Shown in pieces: positions 35,148-45,394 of a stretch of 64,000 nucleotides of DNA; within the stretch, counting starts at the first letter, position 1; each line of letters opens with the position of its first letter. The stretch lies in the NCBI GenBank assembly GCA_009694045.1, contig SHVY01000003.1, positions 9,058-73,057 of the forward strand, written 5' to 3'. The stretch is from Alphaproteobacteria bacterium (GTDB lineage: Bacteria; Pseudomonadota; Alphaproteobacteria; SP197). The notes under the pieces are model-generated. The model saw nothing but the letters and a program-made list of their open reading frames with translations, was not told the DNA's origin and did no database searches. Made by a program: the position numbers and the translations under genes.

Positions 35148-35159
35148 GGGGGGGGGGGG
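35148..35159 (+). repeat. G12 homopolymer tract in the rseP-bamA intergenic region
   Basis: Counted directly: ...gtcacga GGGGGGGGGGGG cgatcc... It lies 58 nt upstream of the bamA GTG at 35217. Confidence 0.9.
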
Positions 35160-35216
35160 CGATCCGGAAGGAGCGGTGTCGCCGCGCCGAACAACAAACT
35201 TGCGAGGCGGTGTCGG

Positions 35217-37526
35217 GTGGTTCGGATCGAGGGGTCCCGTGGCGGGTCGCGAAGGATTGGGACCTTCGTTCTGCTCGCCACGCTCATGGCTTGGCTCGGC
35301 CTGGGCACCGCAGCCTGGGCCCAGGATGGCTTGATCGCCGAGATCCGGGTCGAAGGCAACCAGCGGGTCGAGCCCGAAACCGTGCGCTCCTACATGGTCG
35401 TCGGCGCGGGCGACAGCTTCGACGCGGCGGGGATCGACCGATCGCTCAAGGCGCTGTTCGCGACGGGCCTGTTCGCCGACGTCACCATGCGGCGCGAGGG
35501 CGATATCCTCCTCGTCCGGGTGGTCGAAAATCCGATCATCAACCGGCTCGCGTTCGAAGGGAACCAACGGGTCAAGGACGAGGAGTTGGAGCCCGAGGTC
35601 CAGCTTCGACCCCGGGTCGTGTACACCCGCGCCAAGGTTCAATCCGACGTTACCCGCATTCTCGAGATCTATCGCCGCAACGGGCGGTTCGCGGCGTCCG
35701 TCGAGCCTAAGGTCATCCAGCAGCCGCAGAACCGCGTCGACCTGATTTACGAGATCAACGAGGGCCCGACGACGGAAGTGCGGCGCATCAGCTTCGTCGG
35801 CAACACCCAGTTCAGCGACAGCGAGTTGCGGGGCGAGATCCAGACCAAGGAATCGGCCTGGTACCGCTTCCTTACGTCGGATGACACCTACGACCCCGAC
35901 CGCCTGTCGTTCGACCGGGAGCTCTTGCGCCGATTCTACCTGGCGGAAGGGTACGCCGACGTGGCCATCCTGTCGGCCTCGGCCGACCTGACCCCCGACC
36001 GGCACGAGTTCTTCATCACCTTCACGGTCGAAGAGGGGCAACGCTACGACTTCGGTCGAATCCGGGTGAAGAGTCTGCTCAAGGACCTGCCGTCGACGGA
36101 GCTGCATCAATACGTCAAGACCTATCCCGGCTTGACCTACGACGCCGACAAGGTCGAGGAGACCATCCAGGATCTGATCGAAGCCCTGGGAAGTCGGGGT
36201 TATGCCTTCGTCGAGATCGATCCCCGGATCGAGCGCCACACGGACACCCGGGTCATCGATCTGACCTACGACATCTCCGAGGGACCCCGGGTCTATGTCG
36301 AGCGCATCAACATCGAGGGCAATGTGCGGACCCTGGACAAGGTGATCCGCCGGGAGTTCCGGCTGGCCGAGGGCGATGCCTTCAGCACGGCGAAGCTCCG
36401 CCGCTCCGAGCAGCGCATTCGCAACCTGGACTTCTTCGAGACGATCACGGTCAATGCCGAGGAAGGCTCCAGCCGGGACCAGGCCGTGATCAACGTGGAG
36501 GTCGCGGAGAAATCCACCGGAGAACTCTCGTTCAACGCGGGATTCTCCACGTTCGACGGGTTCCTCGGCAACGTGCTGCTAAGCGAACGGAATCTTCTCG
36601 GCACGGGCCAGGAGCTGTCGCTGGGATTCACGCTGTCCACCCGGCGGTCGGAGATCGATCTGAGCTTCACCGATCCCGCGTTCCTCGATCGTGAGGATCT
36701 GGCGGCCGGCTTCGACATCTTCAACAAGTCGACCAACCTCCAGCGGGAGAGCTCGTTCGATCGCGGCGAGTTGGGCTTCGCCCTGCGGGCCAGCTATCCG
36801 CTCGCCGAAGACCTGACCCACGCCGTGCGCTACACGTTGCGCCGCGATCGGATCAGCGACATCGACAAGGATGCGTCGCGCATCATCCAGGAACAGGAGG
36901 GCAGCGCCGTCACATCCCTGGTCGGTCAGTCCCTCACCCTCGACCGCCTGGACAGCATCGTTAACCCGACCGAAGGCTACACGATCCGGGTCGCGCAGGA
37001 CTTCGCCGGGCTCGCCGGCGACGTTCAGTACGTCCGGCTGCAGGTGAACACCGCCGCCTATCACGAGTTCGCGAAGAATTGGGTGGGCAACCTCAGCGTC
37101 AACGAAGGTCAGATCTTTGGGATCTTCGGCGACGACGTCCGCATCATCGACCGCTACTTCCTCGGTGGCAGCCAGTTGCGCGGGTTCGGCGCGGCGGGCG
37201 TCGGGCCGCGGGATCGCAAGAGCGACGATGCCCTGGGCGGCAAGTCGTTCTGGACGGCGAGCGCTGAGCTTACGTTCCCGCTGGGCCTGCCAGAGGAATT
37301 GGGTCTGTTGGGGCGGGTTTTCACCGATTTCGGCGCGACCTGGGACACGGATTCGACCACCGGCGTGGACGTGCGCGATTCCGCGCTCCCGCGAGGCTCG
37401 CTCGGGATAGGATTGACCTATATCTCTCCCCTGGGGCCGCTCAAGCTGGATTTTGCTTTCCCGGTGGTGAAGCAGGACTTCGACGAGACCCAGATCTTCG
37501 GCTTCAACTTCGGCACCCGCTTCTAG
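35217..37526 (+). CDS. bamA: Outer membrane protein assembly factor BamA
   Basis: 769 aa. Signal peptide ...LGLGTAAWAQDG; POTRA repeats (IRVEGNQRVE, ISFVGNTQFS, INIEGNVRT); C-terminal beta-barrel ending FGFNFGTRF. Confidence 0.95.
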   Translation: MVRIEGSRGGSRRIGTFVLLATLMAWLGLGTAAWAQDGLIAEIRVEGNQRVEPETVRSYMVVGAGDSFDAAGIDRSLKALFATGLFADVTMRREGDILLVRVVENPIINRLAFEGNQRVKDEELEPEVQLRPRVVYTRAKVQSDVTRILEIYRRNGRFAASVEPKVIQQPQNRVDLIYEINEGPTTEVRRISFVGNTQFSDSELRGEIQTKESAWYRFLTSDDTYDPDRLSFDRELLRRFYLAEGYADVAILSASADLTPDRHEFFITFTVEEGQRYDFGRIRVKSLLKDLPSTELHQYVKTYPGLTYDADKVEETIQDLIEALGSRGYAFVEIDPRIERHTDTRVIDLTYDISEGPRVYVERINIEGNVRTLDKVIRREFRLAEGDAFSTAKLRRSEQRIRNLDFFETITVNAEEGSSRDQAVINVEVAEKSTGELSFNAGFSTFDGFLGNVLLSERNLLGTGQELSLGFTLSTRRSEIDLSFTDPAFLDREDLAAGFDIFNKSTNLQRESSFDRGELGFALRASYPLAEDLTHAVRYTLRRDRISDIDKDASRIIQEQEGSAVTSLVGQSLTLDRLDSIVNPTEGYTIRVAQDFAGLAGDVQYVRLQVNTAAYHEFAKNWVGNLSVNEGQIFGIFGDDVRIIDRYFLGGSQLRGFGAAGVGPRDRKSDDALGGKSFWTASAELTFPLGLPEELGLLGRVFTDFGATWDTDSTTGVDVRDSALPRGSLGIGLTYISPLGPLKLDFAFPVVKQDFDETQIFGFNFGTRF

Positions 37527-37541
37527 ATCGGAGACCTGATC

Positions 37542-38093
37542 GTGCGAACTCGCCGCCTTGCCGCCGTCGTCGTCCTGGCGTTGTCGTTCGCGACCGGCCC
37601 GGGCACCGCGCAGGAACTGTCACCCACGGTCGCCGCGGTGGTGGATTTCGAGCGTCTGATTCGGGATTCGGCCGCGGGCCAGGCCCTGCGCGCCCAGGTC
37701 GAGGAGAAGCGCAGCGGCTTCAAGGCCGAGGTCGCCACCCAGGAGGAAACGCTGCGGGCCGAGGACCAGGAGCTGTTGCAGCAACAGACCGTGCTCGATG
37801 CGAACCAGTTCGCCGAGAAGCGCCAGAAGTTCCAGGTCAAGGTCGCCGAGGTGCAGCGGTTGGTTCAGTCGCGCAAGCAGACCCTGGACCGGGCCATGGA
37901 TTCCGGGATCGACGAGATCAAGAAGGTGACCGTCGCGATCGTCGGCGAGATGGCGAAGGCCAAGGGCATCAACCTTGTGCTTCCCCTGACCCAGGTCCTG
38001 CTGGTCGACGCGGACTATGACCTGACCGGGCCGGTGATGGAGGAGCTCAACCGGCGCTTGCCGACGGTCACGGTCACGTTCACGTCGGAATGA
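37542..38093 (+). CDS. skp: OmpH/Skp family periplasmic chaperone
   Basis: 183 aa with a signal peptide and a coiled Gln/Glu/Lys-rich body. Position between bamA and lpxD. Confidence 0.85.
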   Translation: MRTRRLAAVVVLALSFATGPGTAQELSPTVAAVVDFERLIRDSAAGQALRAQVEEKRSGFKAEVATQEETLRAEDQELLQQQTVLDANQFAEKRQKFQVKVAEVQRLVQSRKQTLDRAMDSGIDEIKKVTVAIVGEMAKAKGINLVLPLTQVLLVDADYDLTGPVMEELNRRLPTVTVTFTSE

Positions 38094-39109
38094 CCGGACC
38101 CGCCGGGTCGCGGGGCCTTTCGGTCGCCGATCTGGCATCGCGGGTTGGCGCGGAGGTGCTCGATGCCTCCGCCCATGGCCAACTCGTGCGCGGGGTGGCC
38201 ACCCTCGAACGCGCGACCCGGGATGACGTGAGTTTCCTCGACAATACCCACTACCTCGCGTCCCTCGCGGGCTCGGCCGCGGGAGCGTGCCTAATGCGGC
38301 ACGAACACGCCGACCGGGCTCCGGTCGGCATGGCGATCCTGGCCACGGTGGCGCCCTATCTCGCCTGGGCCCGGACCGTGGCGGTGTTTCACACGCCGCC
38401 ATCGCTGGTGCCGGGTATCGACCCAAGCGCCCGCGTGGCCGCCGATGCAAGGGTCGGCCAGGGCAGCCGGGTCGAGGCAGGGGCGGTCATCGGCCAAGGT
38501 GTCGCCCTCGGGGAGCGTTGCCTCGTTGGTGCCAACACGGTGATCGGCGATGGCGTGGAGATCGGCGATGAAACCCGCATCGGGGCGAATGCCTCGCTCG
38601 CCCATTGCCGGGTCGGCGCCCGCTGCCTGATTTATCCCGGTGTCCGGGTCGGCACGGACGGTTTTGGCTTCGCCATCGATGGCGAACGCTACGTCCGCGT
38701 GCCGCACATCGGCCGGGTTCTGATCGGCGATGACGTCGAAGTCGGGTCGAACTCGACCATCGACCGCGGCACCTTGGACGATACCGTGATCGGCGCCGGC
38801 ACGATGATTGATAATCTCGTCCAGATCGCGCATAACGTCGTCATCGGACGGGGTTGCGTGATTGCAGGCCAAGTGGGCATTTCCGGGAGCGCTCGACTCG
38901 GCGATTTCGTGGTCGTTGGGGGCCAGGCCGGGATCGCGGGACACCTGATCGTCGGAAGTCGCGTACGGATCGCCTCGCGCAGCGCCGTCAAGGACGACCT
39001 CGACGACGGCCAGGCCTACGGTGGCGCTCCGGCGGTTCCCATCCGCGAGTTTCGGCGGCAGATCGCCGCGGTCATGCGTCTGGGGAAACGCAAGAGCGGA
39101 CAGCCATGA
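38090..39109 (+). CDS. lpxD: UDP-3-O-acylglucosamine N-acyltransferase
   Basis: 339 aa with left-handed beta-helix hexapeptide repeats. ATGA overlap with skp. Confidence 0.94.
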   Translation: MTGPAGSRGLSVADLASRVGAEVLDASAHGQLVRGVATLERATRDDVSFLDNTHYLASLAGSAAGACLMRHEHADRAPVGMAILATVAPYLAWARTVAVFHTPPSLVPGIDPSARVAADARVGQGSRVEAGAVIGQGVALGERCLVGANTVIGDGVEIGDETRIGANASLAHCRVGARCLIYPGVRVGTDGFGFAIDGERYVRVPHIGRVLIGDDVEVGSNSTIDRGTLDDTVIGAGTMIDNLVQIAHNVVIGRGCVIAGQVGISGSARLGDFVVVGGQAGIAGHLIVGSRVRIASRSAVKDDLDDGQAYGGAPAVPIREFRRQIAAVMRLGKRKSGQP

Positions 39110-39573
39110 ACGATGTTCGGGTCAACGACGTAGGCGAAACCATCGACGTGGAGCGGATCATGAAGATGATCCCCCACCGCTTCCCGTTCCTGATGGTCGA
39201 CCGGGTCGTGGAACTGATCAAGGATCGCAGCGCCATCGGCGTCAAGAACGTCTCGATCAACGAGCCATTCTTTCAGGGCCACTTTCCCGATCATCCGGTC
39301 ATGCCCGGTGTTCTGATCATCGAATCCATGGCGCAGAGCGCCGCCGTGCTCGTCGTGCATACGTTGGGCCCTGCGTTCGAGGGCAAGCTCGTCTATTTCA
39401 TGACGGTGGAGTCCGCGCGCTTCCGCAAGCCCGTCGTCCCCGGGGATACGCTGCACGTGCACGTCCAGAAGCGGCAGCAGCGCGGCCCGGTCTGGAAGTT
39501 CGATTCCCAGGTGAAGGTGAATGGAACCCTGGTCGCGGAGGCCACCTTCGCGGCGATGATTCTCGATAGTTGA
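39106..39573 (+). CDS. fabZ: 3-hydroxyacyl-ACP dehydratase FabZ
   Basis: ATG 39106 overlaps the lpxD stop, within ORF 38854..39573. Motifs [13 protein letters not shown] and [15 protein letters not shown]. Confidence 0.95.
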   Translation: MNDVRVNDVGETIDVERIMKMIPHRFPFLMVDRVVELIKDRSAIGVKNVSINEPFFQGHFPDHPVMPGVLIIESMAQSAAVLVVHTLGPAFEGKLVYFMTVESARFRKPVVPGDTLHVHVQKRQQRGPVWKFDSQVKVNGTLVAEATFAAMILDS

Positions 39574-40373
39574 TGGCGTCGATCCACCCGACCGCGATCG
39601 TCGATTCCCAGGCCGAACTCGCCTCCGACGTATCCGTTGGACCCTACTGTATCGTCGGACCCCACGTCAGACTCGGCGCCGGTGTTGCGCTCCTGAGCCA
39701 CGTCGTGGTCGACGGCCGGACGTCCCTCGGCTCGGGCTGCAAGGTCTTCCCGTTCGCGACGATCGGCCTGCCGCCCCAGGATCTCATGTATCGCGGCGAG
39801 CCGTCGGAGCTGACTGTGGGCGACAACACCGTGATCCGCGAGCAGGTGACGATCAACCCTGGGACGACCGGGGGCGGCATGATCACCCGGGTCGGCAACA
39901 ACTGCCTTTTGATGGTCGGGTCCCACGTCGCCCACGACTGCACCGTCGGCGACAACGTGGTCATGGCCAACAACGCGACCCTCGCCGGCCACGTCCGGGT
40001 CGGGGACTACGCCGTACTGGGCGGACTCTCGGCGGTTCACCAGTTCGTCCGGATCGGCCGACATGCCATCGTCGGGGGCATGTCGGGCGTTGAGAACGAC
40101 GTGATCCCCTATGGCTCGGCGGTGGGTAATCGCGCCCACCTTACCGGGCTCAACGTCGTCGGCCTGAAGCGGCGCGGCTTCAAGCGCGACGACGTTCATA
40201 CCCTGCGCAATGCCTATCGCCTGTTGTTCGCCCGCGAAGGCTCGTTGACCGAGCGCCTCGAGGACGTGTCGACCATGTTCCACGAGAACGCCCTGGTGAT
40301 GGATATCGTCGGCTTCATCCGGGCGGAAACGTCGCGGGCGATCTGCCAGCCATGGAATGGCATCGACGGATAG
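39570..40373 (+). CDS. lpxA: Acyl-ACP--UDP-N-acetylglucosamine O-acyltransferase
   Basis: 267 aa with N-terminus IHPTAIVD and hexapeptide repeats. Overlaps fabZ by 4 nt. Confidence 0.95.
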   Translation: MMASIHPTAIVDSQAELASDVSVGPYCIVGPHVRLGAGVALLSHVVVDGRTSLGSGCKVFPFATIGLPPQDLMYRGEPSELTVGDNTVIREQVTINPGTTGGGMITRVGNNCLLMVGSHVAHDCTVGDNVVMANNATLAGHVRVGDYAVLGGLSAVHQFVRIGRHAIVGGMSGVENDVIPYGSAVGNRAHLTGLNVVGLKRRGFKRDDVHTLRNAYRLLFAREGSLTERLEDVSTMFHENALVMDIVGFIRAETSRAICQPWNGIDG

Positions 40374-41191
40374 CCTCGCGATCCTGGCCGGCGATGGGCC
40401 GCTTCCCGGCCTGGTGGCGCGGGCTTGTCGCGGCACCGGGCGGCCGGTCTTCGTCGTTGCGTTCGACGGCATCACCGAACACCGGCCGCGGTCGCGGGCC
40501 TGCCCCACGTCTGGGTGCGGCTCGGGGCCGTCGGCCGCACCCTGGCGGCGCTCGGGGAATCCGGGGCGCGGGACGTGGTGCTCGCAGGCCCCGTCCGCCG
40601 GTCCGTCGCTTTCCGACCTTGGGCTCGACCTGCGGGGGCTGCGGATGCTCGGCTCCCTCGGGTCGGGGGGGCCAGGGCGATGGTCGCGTCCTCGGCCGCA
40701 TCGTCGCGGAGCTGGAGGGCGCGGGGTTTCGTGTCGTCGGCATCGATGACGTGTTGGTTCAGTGCCTGGCGCCGGAAGGCCCATTCGGCGCGCACGTACC
40801 CGATGCGGAGGCGGGCGTGGACATCGAGCTCGGGCGCCGCGCCGCCCAGGCCCTGGGGGATATGGACATCGGCCAGGCGGTCGTCGTGCAGCAAGGCATC
40901 GTTCTCGGCGTGGAAGCCGCCGAGGGGACCGACGCCCTCGTGCGGCGTTGTGCCGAGTTGCGCCTTCAGGGCAGGGGCGGGGTGCTCGCCAAGCTCCCGA
41001 AGCCTGGGCAGGATCGGCGCGTGGATCTCCCAACTATCGGCGTCCGCACGGTCGAGGGCGCGGTCGCGGCGGGACTCGTGGGCATCGCCATCCAGGCCGG
41101 GGGGGGCCTGGTGATCGACCGCCCGGCCGTGGTCCGAGCCGCCGATGCGGCGGACCTCTTCGTGTGCGGGCTCGCGCGTGAGCCGCGATAG
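40357..41191 (+). pseudogene. lpxI: UDP-2,3-diacylglucosamine pyrophosphatase LpxI (DUF1009), needing three frame changes as assembled
   Basis: LpxI-like sequence is spread over frames 1, 0, 1 and 2 (see finding). The C-terminal two thirds (40673..41191, frame 2) is clean: GRIVAELEGAGFRVVG, DIGQAVVVQQGIVLGVEAAEGTDALV, VLAKLPKPGQDRRVDLPTIG. Canonical position between lpxA and lpxB. Confidence 0.8.
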
Positions 41192-42371
41192 CCCCCTCGT
41201 CTTCCTGGTCGCCGGCGAGCCGTCGGGCGATCTGATCGGCGCGCGATTGATGGCGGCGCTCAAGGACCAGACCGCGGGGCGGGCCAAGTTCGCCGGCGTC
41301 GGCGGCGAGCGCATGATCGCCGAGGGGCTGATCGGCTTGTTCCCCATGGCCGACCTGAGCGTCATGGGGCTCACCGCCGTGGCAAGGCGGGCGCCTCTCC
41401 TGATCCGCCGCCTGCATCAGACCGCCGCCGATGCCCTGAACTTGCGCCCCGACGCGATCATCACCATCGATTCTCCGGGCTTCAACGTCCGCCTGGGGCG
41501 CCGTTTGGAGGACCGGCAATGTCCCTTGATCCACTACGTGGCGCCCATGGTCTGGGCGTGGCGAGCGGGACGGGCGCGCACGCTGGCTCGGGTCTTCGAT
41601 CAGCTTCTGGCGCTGTTCCCGTTCGAGCCGTCCTTGTTCGAACCCGTTGGCCTGCGGGCGACGTTCGTCGGCCATCCCTTGGTCGAGGAGCCGATCCGGG
41701 CCGGGGATGGGAAGGGGCTGCGCGTCGCCCATGGGATTCCCGCCGCGGCGACGATCATCGTCGCCCTGCCCGGAAGCCGCGCCGACGAAGTCAGCCGGCT
41801 GCTGCCGGTCTTCGGCGCGGCCCTGGGCCTTCTCCTGGATCGCCACCCGAAACTCCATGCGTTCGTGCCGACCGTCGCGGCGGTGGCCGACCTGGTGGCC
41901 GACGGGATCGCCGCCTGGCCGGTCCCGGCGCGTATCGTTCGCGGCGCGATCGACAGGTATGCGGCCTTCGCCTCCGCCGATGCGGCGCTGGCTGCCTCGG
42001 GGTCCGTGGTCCTCGAGCTCGCGGCTGCCGGCGTGCCGACCGTCGTTGGCTACCGCACGAGTCTGGGAACGGCCTTCATCGGCCGACGTCTGATCCGGAT
42101 CCCCCATGTGAGCCTGGTCAACATCCTGGCTGGGGAAGCCGTGATGCCCGAGTTCCTGCAGGAACACTGTCGTCCGGAGGCCTTGGCGGATGCGCTGGAT
42201 CGGATTCTGACCGACCCGGCGGCAAGAACCCGCCAACAGGACACGGCGCGGGACGTGATGGCCAAGCTGGGCCTGGGGCAGGCAATCACGCCGAGCGCGC
42301 GGGCCGCCCGCATCGTGCTGGCGGCCATCGCCACCCGCCGGTCCGGCTCGGTCCCGGCCACGTCCGGCTAG
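41178..42371 (+). CDS. lpxB: Lipid-A-disaccharide synthase
   Basis: GTG 41178 within ORF 41145..42371. Product VSRDSPLVFLVAGEPSGDLIGARLM, about 397 aa. Confidence 0.9.
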   Translation: MSRDSPLVFLVAGEPSGDLIGARLMAALKDQTAGRAKFAGVGGERMIAEGLIGLFPMADLSVMGLTAVARRAPLLIRRLHQTAADALNLRPDAIITIDSPGFNVRLGRRLEDRQCPLIHYVAPMVWAWRAGRARTLARVFDQLLALFPFEPSLFEPVGLRATFVGHPLVEEPIRAGDGKGLRVAHGIPAAATIIVALPGSRADEVSRLLPVFGAALGLLLDRHPKLHAFVPTVAAVADLVADGIAAWPVPARIVRGAIDRYAAFASADAALAASGSVVLELAAAGVPTVVGYRTSLGTAFIGRRLIRIPHVSLVNILAGEAVMPEFLQEHCRPEALADALDRILTDPAARTRQQDTARDVMAKLGLGQAITPSARAARIVLAAIATRRSGSVPATSG

Positions 42372-42380
42372 AGCAGGTTG

Positions 42381-42581
42381 CTACCCGCCGAAGAGGTACA
42401 GCCCGACCGCCCCTAGGATCAGGCCGACGACGGTGCGTACGACGCTTCGGGTCCGTTGATAGGGCGACGGGCGATTGTCGTTGGCCGGAAAGCCGATGGA
42501 ACGGCGCGGCGCGGGCAGCGGCGACCATCGCTCCTTGCGGAGAAATCCGCCGTGACCCAACCGCCGCGTCGCCCTCGCCAT
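42381..42581 (-). CDS. Hypothetical small protein with a C-terminal TM helix
   Basis: 66 aa filling the lpxB-gltA gap. Third codon positions are mostly G/C, as in real genes here. Basic N-terminal part, then VVGLILGAVGLYLFGG. No family recognised. Confidence 0.4.
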   Translation of the reverse strand: MARATRRLGHGGFLRKERWSPLPAPRRSIGFPANDNRPSPYQRTRSVVRTVVGLILGAVGLYLFGG

Positions 42582-42587
42582 GGCGGC

Positions 42588-43925
42588 CTATCCGCGCCGG
42601 CTGATCGGCACGTAGTCGCGCTTGGGATAGCCGGTGTAGATCTGGCGCGGGCGCCCGATCTTCTTGCCCGGATCCTCCATCATCTCCTTCCATTGGGCGA
42701 TCCAACCCACGGTCCGCGCCATGGCGAACACCGCCGTGAACAGCCGCGAGGGGATGCCCATGGCCTGCAGGATGATGCCCGAATAGAAGTCCACGTTCGG
42801 GTACAGCTTGCGCTCGATGAAGTAGGAATCCTCGAGGGCGATCTTCTCGAGCTCCTTGGCGATCGGCAGTAGCGGATCGTCGCCCAGCCCGAGTTCGCCC
42901 AGCACCTCGTCGCAGGTCTGGCGCATGACCTTCGCCCGCGGATCGAAGTTCTTGTAGACCCGGTGGCCAAAGCCCATCATCCGGAACGGATCGTCCTTGT
43001 CCTTCGCCCGGTTGACGAACTCGGGGATGCGATCCTTGGTGCCGATGCGCTTCAGCATGCGGATGACCGCCTCGTTCGCCCCGCCGTGGGCGGGACCCCA
43101 CAGGGTGGCGATGCCGGCCGCGATGCAGGCGAACGGGTTGGCCCCGGACGAGCCGGCCAGTCGCACCGTCGAGGTCGAGGCGTTCTGCTCGTGATCGGCG
43201 TGCAGGATCAGGATGCGATCCATCGCCTTGGCGAGCGTCGGGCTCACCTTGTAGGTCTCGCAGGGCGTGGCGAACAGCATGTGCAGCACGTTCTCCGCGT
43301 AGGTCAGGTGGTTCTGCGGATAGATGAACGGCTGCCCGATGGAGTACTTGTAGGCGAAGGCGGCGATCGTCGGCATCTTCGCGATCAGGCGATAGCACGC
43401 GACCATGCGGGCGTGCGGTTCCTCGTAGTCGGTCTCGTCGTGGTAGAAGGCGCTCAAGGCCCCGACGATCCCGACCATCACCGCCATCGGGTGGGCGTCA
43501 CGGCGGAAGCCGCGCAGGAAGTTGATCACCTGCTCGTGCAGCATCGTGTGGTAGGTGATGTCGTGTACGAACTTGACCTTCTCCTCGGCGTTCGGCAGCT
43601 CGCCATTGAGCAGCAGGTGGCAGACCTCGAGGAAATCGCTCTTCTCGGCCAGCTGATCGATGGGATAGCCGCGGTGCAACAGGATCCCCTGATCGCCGTC
43701 GATGTAGGTGATCTTCGATTCGCAGCTCGCCGTGGCCATGAACGCCGGATCGTAGGTGAAGTATCCGGTTTTCCCGTACAGCGATCGCACGTCGATCACC
43801 TTGGGTCCGAGCGTTCCCGACAGCACCGGCAGGGCCTGCTCGCGCTTGCCCTTGCCGTCCAGGATCGTGACCGTCGCGCTTTCGCCCGCCACCGGCGCTT
43901 CGGACTTTTTCGTCGCCATCACCAT
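42588..43925 (-). CDS. gltA: Citrate synthase
   Basis: 445 aa with [14 protein letters not shown] and [14 protein letters not shown] motifs. Confidence 0.96.
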   Translation of the reverse strand: MVMATKKSEAPVAGESATVTILDGKGKREQALPVLSGTLGPKVIDVRSLYGKTGYFTYDPAFMATASCESKITYIDGDQGILLHRGYPIDQLAEKSDFLEVCHLLLNGELPNAEEKVKFVHDITYHTMLHEQVINFLRGFRRDAHPMAVMVGIVGALSAFYHDETDYEEPHARMVACYRLIAKMPTIAAFAYKYSIGQPFIYPQNHLTYAENVLHMLFATPCETYKVSPTLAKAMDRILILHADHEQNASTSTVRLAGSSGANPFACIAAGIATLWGPAHGGANEAVIRMLKRIGTKDRIPEFVNRAKDKDDPFRMMGFGHRVYKNFDPRAKVMRQTCDEVLGELGLGDDPLLPIAKELEKIALEDSYFIERKLYPNVDFYSGIILQAMGIPSRLFTAVFAMARTVGWIAQWKEMMEDPGKKIGRPRQIYTGYPKRDYVPISRRG

Positions 43926-44005
43926 CTCCCTCTCCCTCGATCATCGCCTCGTTCACCGGCGGTGATCCTAGGTCCTAAGACCCCTCCACGGCAATCTCGC
44001 CAAGG

Positions 44006-45394
44006 CTACGGATCGATTGCGCCCAGGCGCGCGAGGGTCAGGTCGCGACCCAGAACCACCATCACATCGAAGATGCTGGGCGACACCAGACGACCGGTCA
44101 CGGCGGCCCGCAGCGGTTGCGCGACCTCGCCCAGGTTCAGGTTCCGCGCCGCGGCGAAGCCGCGCACCGCCGCCTCGAGGTCGGCCGCGGCCCAGGATGG
44201 CGCGCTCGCCAGATGGACCTCGAGCTCGAGCAGCATGGTGCGCGCCGCCGGATCGAGCAGGGCGCTCGCCTTGGCGTCGATCGGGACGGCGGCACCCGCC
44301 GCATAGATCCGGGCGCTGTCAGCCAGGTCGACCAGGGTACGCGCCCGTTGCTTCAGGCCGGCCAGTCCCTGGATCAGGCGCCGGCGCGCCGCTTCGTCGA
44401 GCGTCTCGCCAAGCCGTTCGGCGATCAATCCCGCGAGCCGTTCGTCGTCGGCGATCCGCAGGTAGTGGGCGTTCAGCGCCGTGAGCTTGTCCATGTCGAA
44501 GCGCGCGGCCGAACGCACGACCGCGTCCAGGTCGAACCAGGCGATCGCCTGCTCGGTCGCGATGATCTCGTCGTCCCCGTGGCCCCACCCCAGCCGCAGC
44601 AGGTAGTTGCGCAGCGCCTCGGGCAGGAACCCCAATTCGCGGTAGGCGTCGACCCCGATCGCCCCGTGACGCTTGGACATCTTGGCGCCGTCGGCCCCGT
44701 GGATCAGCGGCAGATGCGCGTAGGCGGGCGCCGTCCACTCCATGGCGTTGAACAGCTGAACCTGGCGGAAGGTGTTGGTCAGATGGTCGCTGCCGCGAAT
44801 CACCTGGGTGATCCCCATGTCGTGGTCATCGACCACGACCGCCAGCATGTAGGTGGGCGTGCCGTCGCCGCGCAGCAGCACCATGTCGTCCAGTTGCGCG
44901 TTGCCGACCCTGACCTCGCCCTGCACACGATCGTGAATCACGGTGTCGCCCGACAGCAGCGCCTTCAGCCGGACCACCGGTGCCACCCCCGCCGGCGCCT
45001 CGCTCGGGTCGCGGTCGCGCCAACGCCCGTCGTAGCGCGGTGGCTGGCCCTTGGCCTTGGCCTGCTCGCGCATCGCGCTCAGCTCCTCGGGCGTGCAGTA
45101 GCAGCGGTACGCGCGACCCCGCGCCAGCAAGGCATGGGCCACCTCGGCGTGACGCTCCAACCGGGTCGATTGATAGATCGCCTCGCCGTCCCAATCGATT
45201 CCCAGCCAGGTCAGGCCGTCGAGAATGGCGTCGATCGCGGCCTGGGTCGACCTGGCGCGATCGGTGTCCTCGATGCGCAGGAGGAACCGCCCCCGGTGGT
45301 GCCGCGCGTAGAACCAATTGAACAGGGCGGTGCGCGCGTTGCCGATGTGCAGAAACCCCGTGGGCGAGGGGGCGAATCGGACCACGGCGGTCAT
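44006..45394 (-). CDS. gltX: Glutamate--tRNA ligase
   Basis: 462 aa with [18 protein letters not shown] (HIGH) and KMSKR motifs. Confidence 0.96.
   Translation of the reverse strand: MTAVVRFAPSPTGFLHIGNARTALFNWFYARHHRGRFLLRIEDTDRARSTQAAIDAILDGLTWLGIDWDGEAIYQSTRLERHAEVAHALLARGRAYRCYCTPEELSAMREQAKAKGQPPRYDGRWRDRDPSEAPAGVAPVVRLKALLSGDTVIHDRVQGEVRVGNAQLDDMVLLRGDGTPTYMLAVVVDDHDMGITQVIRGSDHLTNTFRQVQLFNAMEWTAPAYAHLPLIHGADGAKMSKRHGAIGVDAYRELGFLPEALRNYLLRLGWGHGDDEIIATEQAIAWFDLDAVVRSAARFDMDKLTALNAHYLRIADDERLAGLIAERLGETLDEAARRRLIQGLAGLKQRARTLVDLADSARIYAAGAAVPIDAKASALLDPAARTMLLELEVHLASAPSWAAADLEAAVRGFAAARNLNLGEVAQPLRAAVTGRLVSPSIFDVMVVLGRDLTLARLGAIDP

Noticed and set aside
40352-40680. Frame-2 reading of the first third of lpxI (MEWHRRIASRSWPAMGRFPAWWRG...), which would make lpxI a single intact 279-aa ORF.
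   Set aside because: This part has no LpxI-like sequence and is Arg/Gly-rich. The LpxI-like N-terminal blocks are plainly present in the other two frames.
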